Shown: positions 1 through 11,603 of the stretch, piece by piece
How positions within the stretch are numbered: the stretch's first letter is position 1
Layout of the letters: every line of letters starts with the position of its first letter
Made by a program: the position numbers and the translations under genes
The notes under the pieces: model-generated
Database searches by the model: none
What the model saw: only the letters and a program-made list of their open reading frames with translations
Told to the model about the DNA's origin: nothing
NCBI GenBank assembly: GCA_963921275.4
Contig: OZ001293.3
Location: 448,001 to 512,000, forward strand
Direction of reading: 5' to 3'
DNA: 64,000 bases
From: an uncultured Hormoscilla sp.
GTDB lineage: Bacteria; Cyanobacteriota; Cyanobacteriia; Cyanobacteriales; Desertifilaceae

Positions 1-403
1 ATTTGTGCAAACATCCCGGGGGGTCGCCTGCTGCTCAACCCCAAGCTGAGTTTGGATTTCAGCACAAAAACGATTATTGCACGACTCATTTAGACTTGCT
101 ATATGTGCCATTCGACGATCGGTAGTCAGTTGTTAGCAGTCAGTTGTCCGTTGACGGTCTGCCAGAAATCCTCACAGATAAAGGATTTCTGCCAATTTTA
201 CAATTAATTGACAAGGTATAAAAACTTATGTATGATGACTTATTAAGAAAATATAATTGTTGATGATCGCCCTCCCCTGGCTGATAAAATTGGATAATTG
301 ACAAAACTTAAGACTGGATGACTAGGTTATGACCAGTCGAATCACACCCAACTGCCAGTACGGGTAGTGGGTGTTAAATATTATGGTTGCTAGGCAAGTG
401 ACA

Positions 404-2344
404 ATGGTTTCATCTTTGACAAATCCCCCCACAGCAAAAAAATCTTCCAAGTTAGAAGGCATAAAGGAACGCAGTAATTTCCTGCGGGAACCAGTAGCCT
501 CAGAACTGCTCTTAGACACAACTCATTTCTCAGCAGACGGCATCCAGATTCTCAAATTTCACGGTTCCTACCAGCAGGATAACCGAGATAACCGCCAGAT
601 GGGACAGTCGAAAGACTACCAAATGATGCTGCGCACCCGCTCTCCGGGGGGCTTTATTCCCCCACAGTTGTATCTTACTCTCGATCGCCTGTCGGAGGAG
701 TATGGCAACGGGACAATCAGAGCAACCACCAGGCAAGGTTTTCAACTCCACGGGGTGCCCAAGCAAAATCTCAAGACAGTATTAGCCTCGATTATAAACA
801 GTATGGGGTCAACTCTGGGAGCCTGTGGCGACCTGAATCGCAATGTCATGGCCCCAGCGGCACCATATAAAGATCGCCCAGAGTACCAGTATGCTTGGGA
901 GTACGCTAATAATATTGCTGACTTGCTGACGCCCCAAACAGGAGCTTACTATGAAATATGGCTGGATGGCGAAAAGGCGATTGAGGCAGAGGAAGCTCCA
1001 GAAGTGAAAGCGGCGCGGCAGCGGAATGGTAACGGCACGGTCCTACCTAACAAGGAAGAACCGATTTACGGGGAACATTATATGCCCCGCAAGTTTAAAA
1101 TATCTGTTACGGTGCCAGGGGATAATTCAGTCGATCTGCTGACCCAAGATATAAGTTTGGTGATCCTAACAGATGACAGTGGTCAATTGGAAGGGTTTAA
1201 TATCTATGCTGGGGGAGGTATGGGCCGCACTCACGGGAAAGAGGAGACATTCCCCAGAACAGCTGACCCGATCGGGTATGTGGCCAAAGAAGATGTTTAC
1301 GATCTGGTGAAGGCAATTGTAGCAACTCAGCGGGACTATGGCGATCGGGTGAATCGGCGTCATGGGAGAATGAAATATCTCCTGCACGACTGGGGGGTAG
1401 AGAAGTTCCGCAAGGTAGTCGAGGGCTACTTCGGTAAACCCTTATCACCCTTCCGGTCCCTGCCAGAATTTAAATACCTGGACTATCTGGGCTGGCACGA
1501 ACAGGGAGATGGTAACCTTTTCCTGGGCATCTCGATTGAAAATGGTCGGATTAAAGATGAAGGAACGTTGAATCTGAAAACGGCTTTGCGCGATATTGTG
1601 CAAAAATTTGAGCTGCCCATGCGGCTGACGCCTAACCACAATATCATCTTATATGAGATTGAACCCCAACAGCAGTTGGAAATCAACCAAATTTTGATCT
1701 TAAATGGGGTGGAAGTCGATCCAGGTAAAATTGATAGCTTAGTCCGTTATTCAATGGCTTGCCCAGCTATGCCCACCTGTGGTTTGGCGATTACAGAATC
1801 AGAAAGGGCGCTACCCGGGATTTTAGATCGCATCCGATCGCTGCTGAATAAGTTGAGGTTAGAAAAAGAGCATTTTGTGGTGCGGATGACGGGCTGTCCG
1901 AATGGCTGTGCGAGACCTTATATAGCAGAATTGGGGTTTGTCGGTCAAGGGCCAGAGTCCTATCAGGTTTGGCTGGGTGCCGACCCAAATCAAAACCGTT
2001 TGGCCCAGGCATATTTGGAGAAGATGCACGTAAACGCTCTAGAAGAGACTCTAGAACCGTTGTTTGTCTATTTTAAACAAGAACGAAAATCAGGGCAAGT
2101 AGCAGAAAGCTTTGGAGATTTTTGTCATCGAGTGGGGTTAGAGGCCCTCCGCAGCTTTGCAGCCAGCTATCAACCAGGGGAAACTTCTGCCAATGGCAAG
2201 ACTGCTGCTAGTAAGACGCGCTATCGGGTGGGGGTGCGCAATACGACATATAAGCGCCTCAAGGATCTTGCTACTCAGCAAGGTAAGTCCATGACTCAAC
2301 TGGCAACAGAGGCGATCGACGCTTATTTGCGAGAAAATGGCTAA
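404..2344 (+). CDS. sir: Ferredoxin-dependent sulfite reductase with C-terminal ribbon-helix-helix-like extension
   Basis: [21 protein letters not shown], siroheme/4Fe-4S motifs [11 protein letters not shown] and [14 protein letters not shown] 404 chosen over the longer ORF start. Confidence 0.95.
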   Translation: MVSSLTNPPTAKKSSKLEGIKERSNFLREPVASELLLDTTHFSADGIQILKFHGSYQQDNRDNRQMGQSKDYQMMLRTRSPGGFIPPQLYLTLDRLSEEYGNGTIRATTRQGFQLHGVPKQNLKTVLASIINSMGSTLGACGDLNRNVMAPAAPYKDRPEYQYAWEYANNIADLLTPQTGAYYEIWLDGEKAIEAEEAPEVKAARQRNGNGTVLPNKEEPIYGEHYMPRKFKISVTVPGDNSVDLLTQDISLVILTDDSGQLEGFNIYAGGGMGRTHGKEETFPRTADPIGYVAKEDVYDLVKAIVATQRDYGDRVNRRHGRMKYLLHDWGVEKFRKVVEGYFGKPLSPFRSLPEFKYLDYLGWHEQGDGNLFLGISIENGRIKDEGTLNLKTALRDIVQKFELPMRLTPNHNIILYEIEPQQQLEINQILILNGVEVDPGKIDSLVRYSMACPAMPTCGLAITESERALPGILDRIRSLLNKLRLEKEHFVVRMTGCPNGCARPYIAELGFVGQGPESYQVWLGADPNQNRLAQAYLEKMHVNALEETLEPLFVYFKQERKSGQVAESFGDFCHRVGLEALRSFAASYQPGETSANGKTAASKTRYRVGVRNTTYKRLKDLATQQGKSMTQLATEAIDAYLRENG

Positions 2345-2413
2345 TGAAGAATGGTTAATGGTTAATAAAGAATGGAAAAGGAGAGTATATTAATTGCAAG
2401 TTAGCCATTAGTC

Positions 2414-3012
2414 ATGAATCATTATCAACTGCAACGGTTGGCGATCTCGCCGACACAGATACAAGAGGATCGGGTTTGCTTGACGCCCCAGCAACAGCAT
2501 TATCTGGGGCGAGTCTTGCCCTTGCAGACTGGCGATCGCTTTATTGCAATAAACGGACAGGAGACTTGGTGGCTGTGCGAACTCCTAGCAGCAGCAACTG
2601 CTAAGATTATAGAATCCATTCCTGTGCAAACTGAGTTGCCGGTAGCAGTAACCATGATGGTTGCCTTGCCCAAAGGTAACGGATTTGACGATGGTTGTGC
2701 GCTGCTGTACGGAGTTGGGAGTCAGTTCCATTATCCCAGTGGTGAGCGCTCGCACTTTACTCAAACCCAGTCCCCAAAAGCTCTCCCGCTAGCAGCGCCT
2801 TGCTGCTGAAGCTGCCGAACAATCCGAAGGTCAGATCCTGCCCGGGATCTTAGAACCTGTGGCATTCGCTACAGCTTTGTCAGATTTTATTTCAGTTAAG
2901 TTAGAAAATAATCTCTTGACAAAAGAGAGAAAATATATTTGCGTGGCGCGGGGCTACTCTCCCCATTTATTGGATAGCTTGCAGGACCGTTAGCAAGAGA
3001 AAATTGTCATTA
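2414..3012 (+). pseudogene. rsmE: 16S rRNA m3U1498 methyltransferase, frameshifted and truncated
   Basis: QQHYLGRVL, ALPKGNGFDD; frameshift near 2695, then CTELGV..AAEQSE in another frame with stops; 3' end missing. Confidence 0.8.
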
Positions 3013-3372
3013 TCTCTCGCAGATCGGAAAGTGATTGGGATCCTGCTTTTCAGTTATACAGCGCTCTGGTCTTTCTCAAAACTCTACAGCATCGTTAACC
3101 AAGCGTAGTAGCTCGTCTAGTTTAAAATGGTTAGCAAACATTTCTAGCCAATATGCTCTATCTTCAGAAAAACATTTGGCAATGCTGACCATTTTAGCCC
3201 AGACGAACTAGGGCGAGTAGAGGCAGATCCTCTAGAGTACATGAGCCTTCGTCAGGGAACGAGAGGAACATCACTGTCAACTGACAACTTATATCAAGTC
3301 GGGGTAATGACCCATAAGAAAGCCACCTCAAAGGGCTTTCACGCCTAGACTGTCTCGCGTTACTCAAATGGC

Positions 3373-3401
3373 CGTTGGGTTTCGTGCCTCAACCAACCTA
3401 C
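3373..3401. repeat. REP-like hairpin
   Basis: CGTTGGGTTTCGTGCCTCAACCAACCTAC, an imperfect palindrome ending CTAC (GTAG on the minus strand). Confidence 0.55.
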
Positions 3402-3421
3402 AGATGCTGTCAACTGACCAG

Positions 3422-3928
3422 TTATTTTTTGGTTTTGGGTAGCTTGGGTGTTACCTTAGGGATTTTCACCTGACGAGCCATGGTCATAAACGAGTTCATG
3501 CTGGGACCCGGACGTCGGCGTCCAGCATTCAGAGCATTAGCCGGGTTTAAGTATGTGGGAGCAAAATTGGCGCTCTCTGGTTCGGGAGCCTTCGCCGCCG
3601 TCTTGGCAGCAGTTGGCTGAAACTGCTTTGGTGCAACAGTTTTGCCTTTCTTGGCGGCGGCCTTTTCAGCTTTGATCGCCGCCATTTTGGCTTTCTTCGC
3701 CTGGAGAGCCTCCGCTTTGGCTTTCTTAGCAGCATCCGCTTTGTCAGCTGTAGCTAGTGACACTGCTGGGGTTGTTTCTGCTGTGGCTGGCGCTGCTGCG
3801 GCTGCTAGTTCGGGCGCTGGCGCTGCCGGTTCAGCTGACTTCCCCTGGTCGTCGAATTTAACGGAGAACTTGGTGTCTTTATCTGATTTGGCCTTTTTTC
3901 CACCAAACAGATTTTTTAATGGTCCCAT
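3422..3928 (-). CDS. Conserved cyanobacterial Ala/Lys-rich hypothetical protein
   Basis: Low-complexity ORF with C-terminal FAPTYL...RRRPGPSMNSF motif. Confidence 0.7.
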   Translation of the reverse strand: MGPLKNLFGGKKAKSDKDTKFSVKFDDQGKSAEPAAPAPELAAAAAPATAETTPAVSLATADKADAAKKAKAEALQAKKAKMAAIKAEKAAAKKGKTVAPKQFQPTAAKTAAKAPEPESANFAPTYLNPANALNAGRRRPGPSMNSFMTMARQVKIPKVTPKLPKTKK

Positions 3929-4248
3929 GATTACAATTGCTCCTATGGTTTTTTCTGATGTAGTTCCTGACTGCGGTGGCAGACTCATTCAATTATCAAG
4001 CCCCACCGAGAACGCAGACAAGAAAAGTTAATACTTCTTTATAAAACTTTACTTTTCCCTCATACAGCGTATAAATACTTAAGTGCGATCGGGATCTGGG
4101 CTTTATGGGTTGAAACTGCGGTCACTTTTGATTATACTGACATCTGTGCTTTAGATATGGCATTAGAGGCAGGATCCTCTAGAAACTCGTTCCCAGACAG
4201 ATCCTGGGAAGGAAGGTATGAGATGGCAGGAAAACTGTAAAATATTCT

Positions 4249-4854
4249 ATGAAGTGCAATCGAGTATTGCTGATCCACGGCATAGACGACACAGTAGCTG
4301 TCTTCGATACAATGTCTGCATACCTGAAGCAGCTGGGTTGGAATGTCTACGGTCTGGACTTGATTCCCTGTAATGGTGATTGTGGTCTGGACCTGTTGGC
4401 CAAACAAGTGGCTGATTATGTGACCAAAACTTTCCTGCCAGATGAGCCTTTTGACTTGGTTAGCTTTAGCATGGGAGGAATTATCAGTCGCTACTATGTC
4501 CAGCGCCTGGGAGGGATATCGCGGGTACAGCGCTTCATTACCATATCTGCTCCCCATCATGGCAGTTGGTTGGGCTATGCACGCCAAAATCCAGGTTGCA
4601 GGCAGTTGCGTCCCGAGAGTGATTTTCTCCAAGATTTGAATCGAGATGCGGCTATGTTGGCAAGGTTGAATTTTACCTCCATCTGGACGCCTTTTGATTT
4701 GATGATCTTGCCAGCTAATAGTTCCTCTATGCCAGTAGGTAAGGAGATAAAAGTGCCGATTTTGGTCCATTCCTGGATGGTGAGAGACTCCCAGAGTTTA
4801 AGGTTGGTGGCCCAGGAGTTAATGGAACCTTTAAGGAATAAACATGAAGCGTAA
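4249..4854 (+). CDS. Esterase/lipase alpha/beta hydrolase
   Basis: LLIHG, SFSMGG nucleophile elbow, SAPHHGS, SIWTPFD, H. Confidence 0.88.
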   Translation: MKCNRVLLIHGIDDTVAVFDTMSAYLKQLGWNVYGLDLIPCNGDCGLDLLAKQVADYVTKTFLPDEPFDLVSFSMGGIISRYYVQRLGGISRVQRFITISAPHHGSWLGYARQNPGCRQLRPESDFLQDLNRDAAMLARLNFTSIWTPFDLMILPANSSSMPVGKEIKVPILVHSWMVRDSQSLRLVAQELMEPLRNKHEA

Positions 4855-5452
4855 TCAAGTATTGTTGATTCACGGTATCTTTAGAAAATTGGGCGTGTTT
4901 AATAAAATGTCAGCCTATCTCACTCAGGGGGGTGGGCAGGTTCACCGCTTTAATCTGCAACCGCATAATGCTACCTTGGAATTAGATCAATTGGCCCTTC
5001 AGGTGGCTGATTATGTGGATAGCAACTTTTCCCCAGATGAGAAGATAGATTTGCTGGGTTTGAGTATGAGGGGTTTGGTGACTCGCTATTACATGCAGCG
5101 CCTGGGAGGAATCGATCGCGTCGAGCGTTATATTACAATATCCGCACCCCATCATGGCACTTGGATGGCCTACTTGCTACCTTGCCGGGGCTGCGTGCAG
5201 ATGCGTCCGTCAAGTGCATTCTTGGAGGATCTGAATGGGGATATTGAGGTTTTGCAGCAGGTTAATTTTACTTCGATTTGGACTCCCTACGATTTTATCA
5301 TTGTACCGGAAAGGAGTTCGCAAATGCCCGTGGGCAAAAATGTCAAGCTGCCTGTATTTGCTCATGCTATGATGGTGAGAGATGCTCGGGCTCTGGAGGC
5401 TGTGGTAGAGGCCCTGGAAGCACCGGTACAGTTACCAGTTGCCCGTTTGTAG
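4844..5452 (+). CDS. Esterase/lipase alpha/beta hydrolase (tandem paralog)
   Basis: LLIHG, GLSMRG, SAPHHGT, SIWTPYD; colinear with the upstream ORF. Confidence 0.85.
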   Translation: MKRNQVLLIHGIFRKLGVFNKMSAYLTQGGGQVHRFNLQPHNATLELDQLALQVADYVDSNFSPDEKIDLLGLSMRGLVTRYYMQRLGGIDRVERYITISAPHHGTWMAYLLPCRGCVQMRPSSAFLEDLNGDIEVLQQVNFTSIWTPYDFIIVPERSSQMPVGKNVKLPVFAHAMMVRDARALEAVVEALEAPVQLPVARL

Positions 5453-5542
5453 TAAAGACTTTAGTCCTTTTTCTGTGGGAATGGTTTCACTCTTTTGCCC
5501 AGAAAACAGGTATATGGGAAAGAGATGGTTTCTTAATGATTG

Positions 5543-5724
5543 TATAACAGTTCTCTTTCTTAGTGTGATATGCTGTTGGGGAGATTGCTAGCCCTCCTGG
5601 CGTCGGGCCGCTGCGCTAGCGGGGGGTAACTCTATAAAAGCATAAGTTACTCGCTAGTCTCCCCCCCCTCGCTCCGGACAAATAGGCTATTGTGCTATAC
5701 CACATAAATTTGAGAAATGCTATA
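5543..5724. mobile_element. MITE with TATA(A/G)CA.TTCTC termini
   Basis: Left TATAACAGTTCTC versus reverse complement of right GAGAAATGCTATA; imperfect ~30 bp TIR, TA-flanked, no transposase. Confidence 0.55.
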
Positions 5725-5737
5725 TTTCGGACTTTCA

Positions 5738-6110
5738 ACTTCAATGCAGCTGATGCTTCAGCTAGGGACTCTCGCCCTTGGGGAAATATTTTTGCCATAT
5801 TGGTAAATCCGTGAATCGCACTTTGATAGCGAGTAATCTTAACTGGCACCGCTGCTTGCCTCAGGCGATCGCCATAGGCTTCCGCTTCATCTCGCAGGGG
5901 GTCTAACTCAGCAGTGATTATCAATGCGGGGGGCAAGTTACTCATATTTTCTGCTAGCAAGGGAGAGGCATAAGGATTTTTTCCCTCAAGGGGTAGGTAG
6001 ATAGTGATTCCAGAACCAAACCATGATATCCGTAGTCAAAAGATAATCCTTACCATACTGTCGATAGGACTCGGTATCAAAGCCATACTGGGTGACTGGA
6101 TCGAACAGCA
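5738..6110 (-). pseudogene. C-terminal remnant of HSL-family alpha/beta hydrolase
   Basis: IMVWFWNHY, LPPALIITAELDPLRDEAEAY, HGF; N-terminus replaced by IS sequence. Confidence 0.8.
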
Positions 6111-6135
6111 AATAAATAAGTCCATGCATATGCTC

Positions 6136-7450
6136 ATTGAGAGCGAGTCGTTTGTAAGAGGCAACTCTTGAAACTCAACTCGCTCGGTTGCTGGTTGCGC
6201 CGGTTGCAAAGCTGCAAGGCGCGAGATTCAAGGCCGTTTCGATATCTCTGCCAGAGCTCTTGTCCCAGGGGACATGGCTGCGCCACGCTACGCGGACGGC
6301 ACACAGGAGACATCGAGGCTAACATTGACATGGGAATCGAGTGCCAAAGAGTGAACGAGCCTGACAATCGGCCAGTCCGGTAAACTGACGCGCCGGAGCG
6401 AAAAATAAATTCAATCTGGAACCGGGCTTTGTAGCAGCGTGCTTAATATCTGTGGGTCAATGTCGGTGGTCGGTTGAAAACAACAGCACATAGCTACGCT
6501 TGCCCCCTTGCTCTTTGAGTAAATAGACCAGACGGATGCGTCGCTTGAGGCTCACAGACCACACAACAGCAGCTATATTGCTCAATGCCATAATCAATGG
6601 TATCAATGAACTCAAAGAGACTGGGATCGTTTAAATCGACTTTACTGCCGTAGCGTCGACGTCGCCCCCTGGCCTTTTGAGGACCAATGCACTCGAAATT
6701 TGAGGTTGGCATCGAGTGCGTAGTTTGCCAATGGTGTGCAGCCCCAATTGCACCACCGGTGGAAACCCACTTGTACAAGCTAATTGAAGCTATCGGTGAC
6801 CACTCCCGCGCACTCAAGTCGGGAAATAGTTCTGACAGTAAGCCAAATGCCCCAGATAAAAATCTATCCGGTTGCCTTGATACCCCTGGTGAGTCGGGTG
6901 CTTTAGAGGTCTGAGTGGGTCAATTCGGCCTCGGGAAGTTGCGCGGATAAAGTATCGCCAGTGTTCTGCTCAAGGTCTACAATCGCCACGAAAGACAACT
7001 CCAGACCCCTTTCAGGACGCTGGGTTTTGCCGTTATCAAACCAATCGGTGTCCGTGGGTGTGACGACCACTTTTTTAAAGGAAGGTGCAATCCACAACGG
7101 CAATCTGCTGGTTCACAGACCCTCGAACTTGTTCGATCAGCCTTTGGTTCAAGCATTCAAGGCCCTTATCTTGCTCTCTTGTGACGGCGGTAGGTGCGTT
7201 CAGACAAGTGGCTATAACGAGTTTGTGATTCGTATAGTTGACTTTGCCTTTAAACCACGAAAATAGTGGCGAACAAGGTCAGTAGAAACTGCCGTTGGGG
7301 TTTGTGGAAATTGCCAGCAGTCTCCAGCAGACCAGTTATAATCCTCTTGAGGCTATCCATCGGTGCGGTGAGTATGAAAGTTTACTACCGCAGTCTACAC
7401 GGTGGATAGCTTTCCTTCAAGCTCCCCTGAAAAACTGTCCGGAGTATTGC
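6136..7450 (-). mobile_element. Degenerate IS4-like transposase with one terminal IR (CAATACTCCGGACAGTTTT)
   Basis: Broken frames with KPQRQFLLTLF, GKVNYTN, GLELSFVAIVD, RRRRYGSKVDL, ARFQIEFIFR. Confidence 0.65.
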
Positions 7451-7455
7451 CATAT

Positions 7456-8829
7456 CTATTCTTCCTTTGTCAAACCAGATCGCATACCTAATTGCTTGAG
7501 AATTTCAGTAGTGACAAAATTGCTTGAGTGCATCAGACCAGTCATTGTCGAATCGAATAGATAATCCCCAACAACGAACAAAAATGGATGATTTTTGGGT
7601 TCTGGTAAATGTCGCTCCTCTAAACTTTTAATCGGGCGACCGCCGGGTAAAGCGTTTATCGTTCCCACCCAACGATGCACCTGACCTTCTAAGAACTGTT
7701 TTTGACCGGATAGAAATGATTTTGGCAGGTTAGCAAGGGCTTTTTCAATAAGTTTGCTATCCTGAAAATTGTTCAGCATGAGGGCATCGTTTCCAGCTAA
7801 TAAGTAACTGAGAACGCCATATCCTCCCGCATTGTAACGAGAACTATCGTCATAGATGCAACAGCCCCCAAAAGCATCTGATGTGAAGTATGAATCTGCG
7901 ATCGTATCTTGCCAGAAACGGGATTCAAATAGCATTGATATCCGCAGATAGTGAGCGGGACGATCGTAATATTCGTAGTGTTTTTGTATGGCCATATTCA
8001 ATTGAGCTTCTCCCCATTCAATACTGGGAAACCAATAAATAGGTAAGGCGACAATAATTACGTCAAATTCTTGCAGTTCGATGGCTCGATCGCGACGATA
8101 GAAAACGCGATATGTGTCGCGGTCGCCTTTCTCGATCCGCACGACGGGAGAGTTGAGTTCGACCCCAGCAGAAATTTCTTTAGCGAGCACTTGAGCTAAA
8201 CGTTGGATTCCGCCTTCAATAGAGTACAACCGAACGTAGTTGGGATCGCTAATAAAAATGTTTTCCAAACCATAGAGACCGTTTGTTAAATGGGGTTCGG
8301 TGGCGAGATCGCTGCGAGAGAGAACCTTAAAGTAATGTCGGGCTTTCGCGTCGGGAATCTCGTCGAGTACGGATTGAAAAGAGCGTTTTGCCCAGATAAA
8401 ATCATTGTTGCGAGGCTCGTTTGGCTTGGCAAATTCAGTCGGACTTATAAGGGAGTAGATGCGCTCGTAAAAACGATCGATCGCCCCTCGCGTAGTTTCG
8501 CCTAAATAGCGGTTGATATCGGTGTTCGTCGTAATGAAGCTATCGCCGAATGCGATCGTTTTTCCTGACATGGGTATGACAGGTAAACCCAGTGTTTCGA
8601 TTAATTCTCGTAAGGGATCGAACCCGTTTTGGGAATAATCGTACAGTTCTGCTACACCGGCTTCAAAGAGGAGGGGAACCTTTTTAAATTGTTGGGAAAT
8701 AATTTTTCCTCCCAGGCGATCGCTCGCTTCAAATAGGGTGATTTCGAGAGAGTAGGAACTTTTCCGATCGAGTAAGTAGGCAGCCATCAGTCCTCCCGGG
8801 CCACCACCGATAATTGCAAATTTTTTCAT
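7456..8829 (-). CDS. FAD-dependent oxidoreductase (flavin amine oxidase family)
   Basis: IIGGGPGGL Rossmann motif, FEASDRLGGK, C-terminal VVGDY. Confidence 0.85.
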   Translation of the reverse strand: MKKFAIIGGGPGGLMAAYLLDRKSSYSLEITLFEASDRLGGKIISQQFKKVPLLFEAGVAELYDYSQNGFDPLRELIETLGLPVIPMSGKTIAFGDSFITTNTDINRYLGETTRGAIDRFYERIYSLISPTEFAKPNEPRNNDFIWAKRSFQSVLDEIPDAKARHYFKVLSRSDLATEPHLTNGLYGLENIFISDPNYVRLYSIEGGIQRLAQVLAKEISAGVELNSPVVRIEKGDRDTYRVFYRRDRAIELQEFDVIIVALPIYWFPSIEWGEAQLNMAIQKHYEYYDRPAHYLRISMLFESRFWQDTIADSYFTSDAFGGCCIYDDSSRYNAGGYGVLSYLLAGNDALMLNNFQDSKLIEKALANLPKSFLSGQKQFLEGQVHRWVGTINALPGGRPIKSLEERHLPEPKNHPFLFVVGDYLFDSTMTGLMHSSNFVTTEILKQLGMRSGLTKEE

Positions 8830-9215
8830 TTTTTCCTAGTGGATTTAGCTAGTTTTTCATTTTAGCAAGATATTTTAGTCTAGCATACATCGAGACCAAA
8901 GTCAACTTTGGGGAGCACGTAGGCAGCAGAGAATCGCGGTAAAAGTCAAGCCCCAAGCTAATGTAAAGCATCGAAACCCTTGCACCAATTGGCTTTCAAG
9001 ATTGTCAAGAATTATGTGAGTAATGGTAAACCCGAAAGAGATCTTTAGCTCTACAAATGTATTATGCAATGATTACAAATCTTAGGTAGCATCTTGAGTG
9101 CAAAACTGAACATATGACGAGGGTCGCGCCTACCACCAAATACGTATTACTTTAATGTTACTGGTGTAGTATGAAGGTGAGTCTCAAAACTGTCCGGACT
9201 ATTGTTCCATTATTC

Positions 9216-9647
9216 CTAAGTGCGATCGCCTATGGCGGTCAACTGGCGAGCGCCAAAAATCGCTTCAACATGACTATAATACTTGAACTCCATCAAATTA
9301 CCGAAGGGATCGGCTAAAAAGAAGGTACGATGTTCTGTCACCTGACCGGGAAAGCGGTGCTTTGGCTGCTCGTAGAATTGTAACTGCTGCTGTTGCGCTC
9401 TTTCCAGTAAAGCTTCCCAGTCCTCCGAAGCAGTGAAAATCAAGCCAAAATGTCTGGGATAAATTACCCGTTGAGGGGTCAGTGGTTCATATGTCATATG
9501 AGCGACAATTTGATGTCCGTACAAATTCATAATCACCGCCTGGTGGGTTTCCCGACCGACTTTACAGCCCAAGCCCTCGACATAGAATTCTTTGGTTTTG
9601 GCAATGTCCGTGACTGGGAAGGCAAGATGAAATAATACTGGGTTCAT
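9216..9647 (-). CDS. VOC/glyoxalase family protein
   Basis: FHLAFPV..FY..GLG, PRHFG, FLADPFGNLMEFK. Confidence 0.9.
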   Translation of the reverse strand: MNPVLFHLAFPVTDIAKTKEFYVEGLGCKVGRETHQAVIMNLYGHQIVAHMTYEPLTPQRVIYPRHFGLIFTASEDWEALLERAQQQQLQFYEQPKHRFPGQVTEHRTFFLADPFGNLMEFKYYSHVEAIFGARQLTAIGDRT

Positions 9648-9694
9648 GGCTAATGGCTAATGGTAAAACATTCATCAGCGAATAGTTATTAATC

Positions 9695-10459
9695 ATGCTT
9701 GATACTATCTTTTCCCTCAATCCTTGGATCGTTGCCGTTGCATTAAACACAGTTTTACTAGCTATTGTCTGGTTTGCCCCGAAGAAATTGCTTACCCTAG
9801 CAGGCATCTTTCATGCTTGGGTGTTGGGAGTGCTGATCTGGGGGACTCTGGGTTGGCAAGGCTATGTCATCGTTGCTTTCTATTTTCTGGTAGGTTCTGG
9901 CGTCACCCGCATCGGCATGGCCGAAAAGGAAGCAGCGGGAATTGCTGAAAAACGTTCCGGCGCCAGAGGACCGGAAAATGTCTGGGGTTCGGCCCTGACT
10001 GCTGCTATCTGTGCTGTGGGAGTCCTGGTTGTAGACTTTCTTGGACAACCACAGGCTGCCGTGTCTTTACTATTATTAGCCTATGTGACCAGTTTCAGCA
10101 CTAAACTCTCCGACACCTGCGCCAGCGAGGTGGGAAAAGCCTACGGTCAGCGCACCTTTCTGATTACCACTTTACAGCCAGTGGCCCGGGGCACGGAAGG
10201 GGCTGTCAGTCTGGAAGGAACTTTGGCCGGAATAGTCGCTTCGGTGGCGATCGCCCTTTTGGGTTGGGGCGTCGGCCTGATTTCCTTGACAGGCGTGCTT
10301 TTATGTGTTATATCTGCTTTTATAGCCACCAACCTGGAGAGTCTGATCGGCGCTACCCTGCAATCGCGATTTACCTGGCTCACTAATGAGGTGGTAAATA
10401 TTCTCAATACCGCGATCGGGGCCTGCGTTGCTGTCTTGTTAGCCTTAGTGGTGTCCTGA
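9695..10459 (+). CDS. DUF92 / TIGR00297 membrane protein (VTE6-like)
   Basis: GIAEKRSGARGPENVWGS, KLSDTCASEVGKAYG, GTEGAVSLEGT. Confidence 0.9.
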   Translation: MLDTIFSLNPWIVAVALNTVLLAIVWFAPKKLLTLAGIFHAWVLGVLIWGTLGWQGYVIVAFYFLVGSGVTRIGMAEKEAAGIAEKRSGARGPENVWGSALTAAICAVGVLVVDFLGQPQAAVSLLLLAYVTSFSTKLSDTCASEVGKAYGQRTFLITTLQPVARGTEGAVSLEGTLAGIVASVAIALLGWGVGLISLTGVLLCVISAFIATNLESLIGATLQSRFTWLTNEVVNILNTAIGACVAVLLALVVS

Positions 10460-10928
10460 TGGTAAGCAATCGCCCGCTCACTTGTCAGCGGTTATCAACC
10501 CACAACTAACAACTATCCATGGTTAATTGTTAAATTATTCTTACAATTTACCATCGTCAATTCGTAATTTATAATTGGAGAAAATCTAAAATTAAAGTTA
10601 AGTTTGGGGCGGATATCCTCGTACAACCTCCCCCGGATCGGTTGACAGATTCTCAGGGAAAAGAAGGAGCGATCGTCGCCTTTATCCATAGCTGAAAACT
10701 ATGTGTTTGCGAGATTTGGAGCTACTTGACTATTTTCGCTCCTGCCTTTGACGATCGAGACTAGAGAATGAGCAAAAGTCGTTTGCAGGCGATCGATTTT
10801 GTTACCTTTGATGCTGTTAGTCTCATTTAAAATCGATTATATTGTAATTGAGTTTGTGAGAAGGTAAACGATAGTTTTTTACCCAAACTATAGAATCTAA
10901 CAATCCTTCACTATTAGGAGCGAGATCG

Positions 10929-11357
10929 ATGAACGCAGCCGAACAGGTAAATAATTTTGAAGTTGCTAGCAAGGTTGCCGCTGTGGTGAATCTCTTTAAG
11001 TATGAGTTTCCCGATGTCAAAGTGGATTTAAAACCTTGGATGAACGACCCGGATACCAGAAAACATCTAGATCCAGATTCCATTGATATTGGCTTTCATT
11101 TTCCCGGGAGAAGCCGGTCATTCCAAAGCCGCAGTATCCTGATTCAGATTCGCTTCCATCAAGACCCCTTGGAGGGATACAGAAGGGTGATCGGGGTGGA
11201 AGCCGGTGGTTACGATCATCAAGGACAACAGTGGCGATTTTCCACCGTGGAGAATTGGCGGTTTGTGGGCGCTACCTCGCCGGTGCAGGAAGTAGCAGAT
11301 AAGTTAAAACAGTTTTGCCGCCAGACCTTTGAGCTGTTCAATGGCTCTGGCAAGTAA
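10929..11357 (+). CDS. Conserved cyanobacterial hypothetical protein
   Basis: AGGAG RBS; DLKPW..DPDSIDIGFHFPG. Confidence 0.75.
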   Translation: MNAAEQVNNFEVASKVAAVVNLFKYEFPDVKVDLKPWMNDPDTRKHLDPDSIDIGFHFPGRSRSFQSRSILIQIRFHQDPLEGYRRVIGVEAGGYDHQGQQWRFSTVENWRFVGATSPVQEVADKLKQFCRQTFELFNGSGK

Positions 11358-11603
11358 TTATAGCACTCTTCCGAAGAGGGCAAGTAGTCTCCTGGGACTA
11401 CCTTACCACCCCTCAAAATTCTGCTATAATTCCGAAGGGTACAAAAAAGCCGTTGCACAATTAGGGGATGAGATGGATTGTTGATGAGAGATGGTTTTTA
11501 GGGATAAATATCTATGTATGACATATTTGGGGAGTTAGCAAAACGGGAGCATCTGATGCTGCGGACTCCGCAAAAATACTATATTTGAAGTGCGTTAATA
11601 TAC

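Noticed and set aside
3020..3300. Possible transposase remnant truncating rsmE
   Set aside because: Too degenerate to assign.
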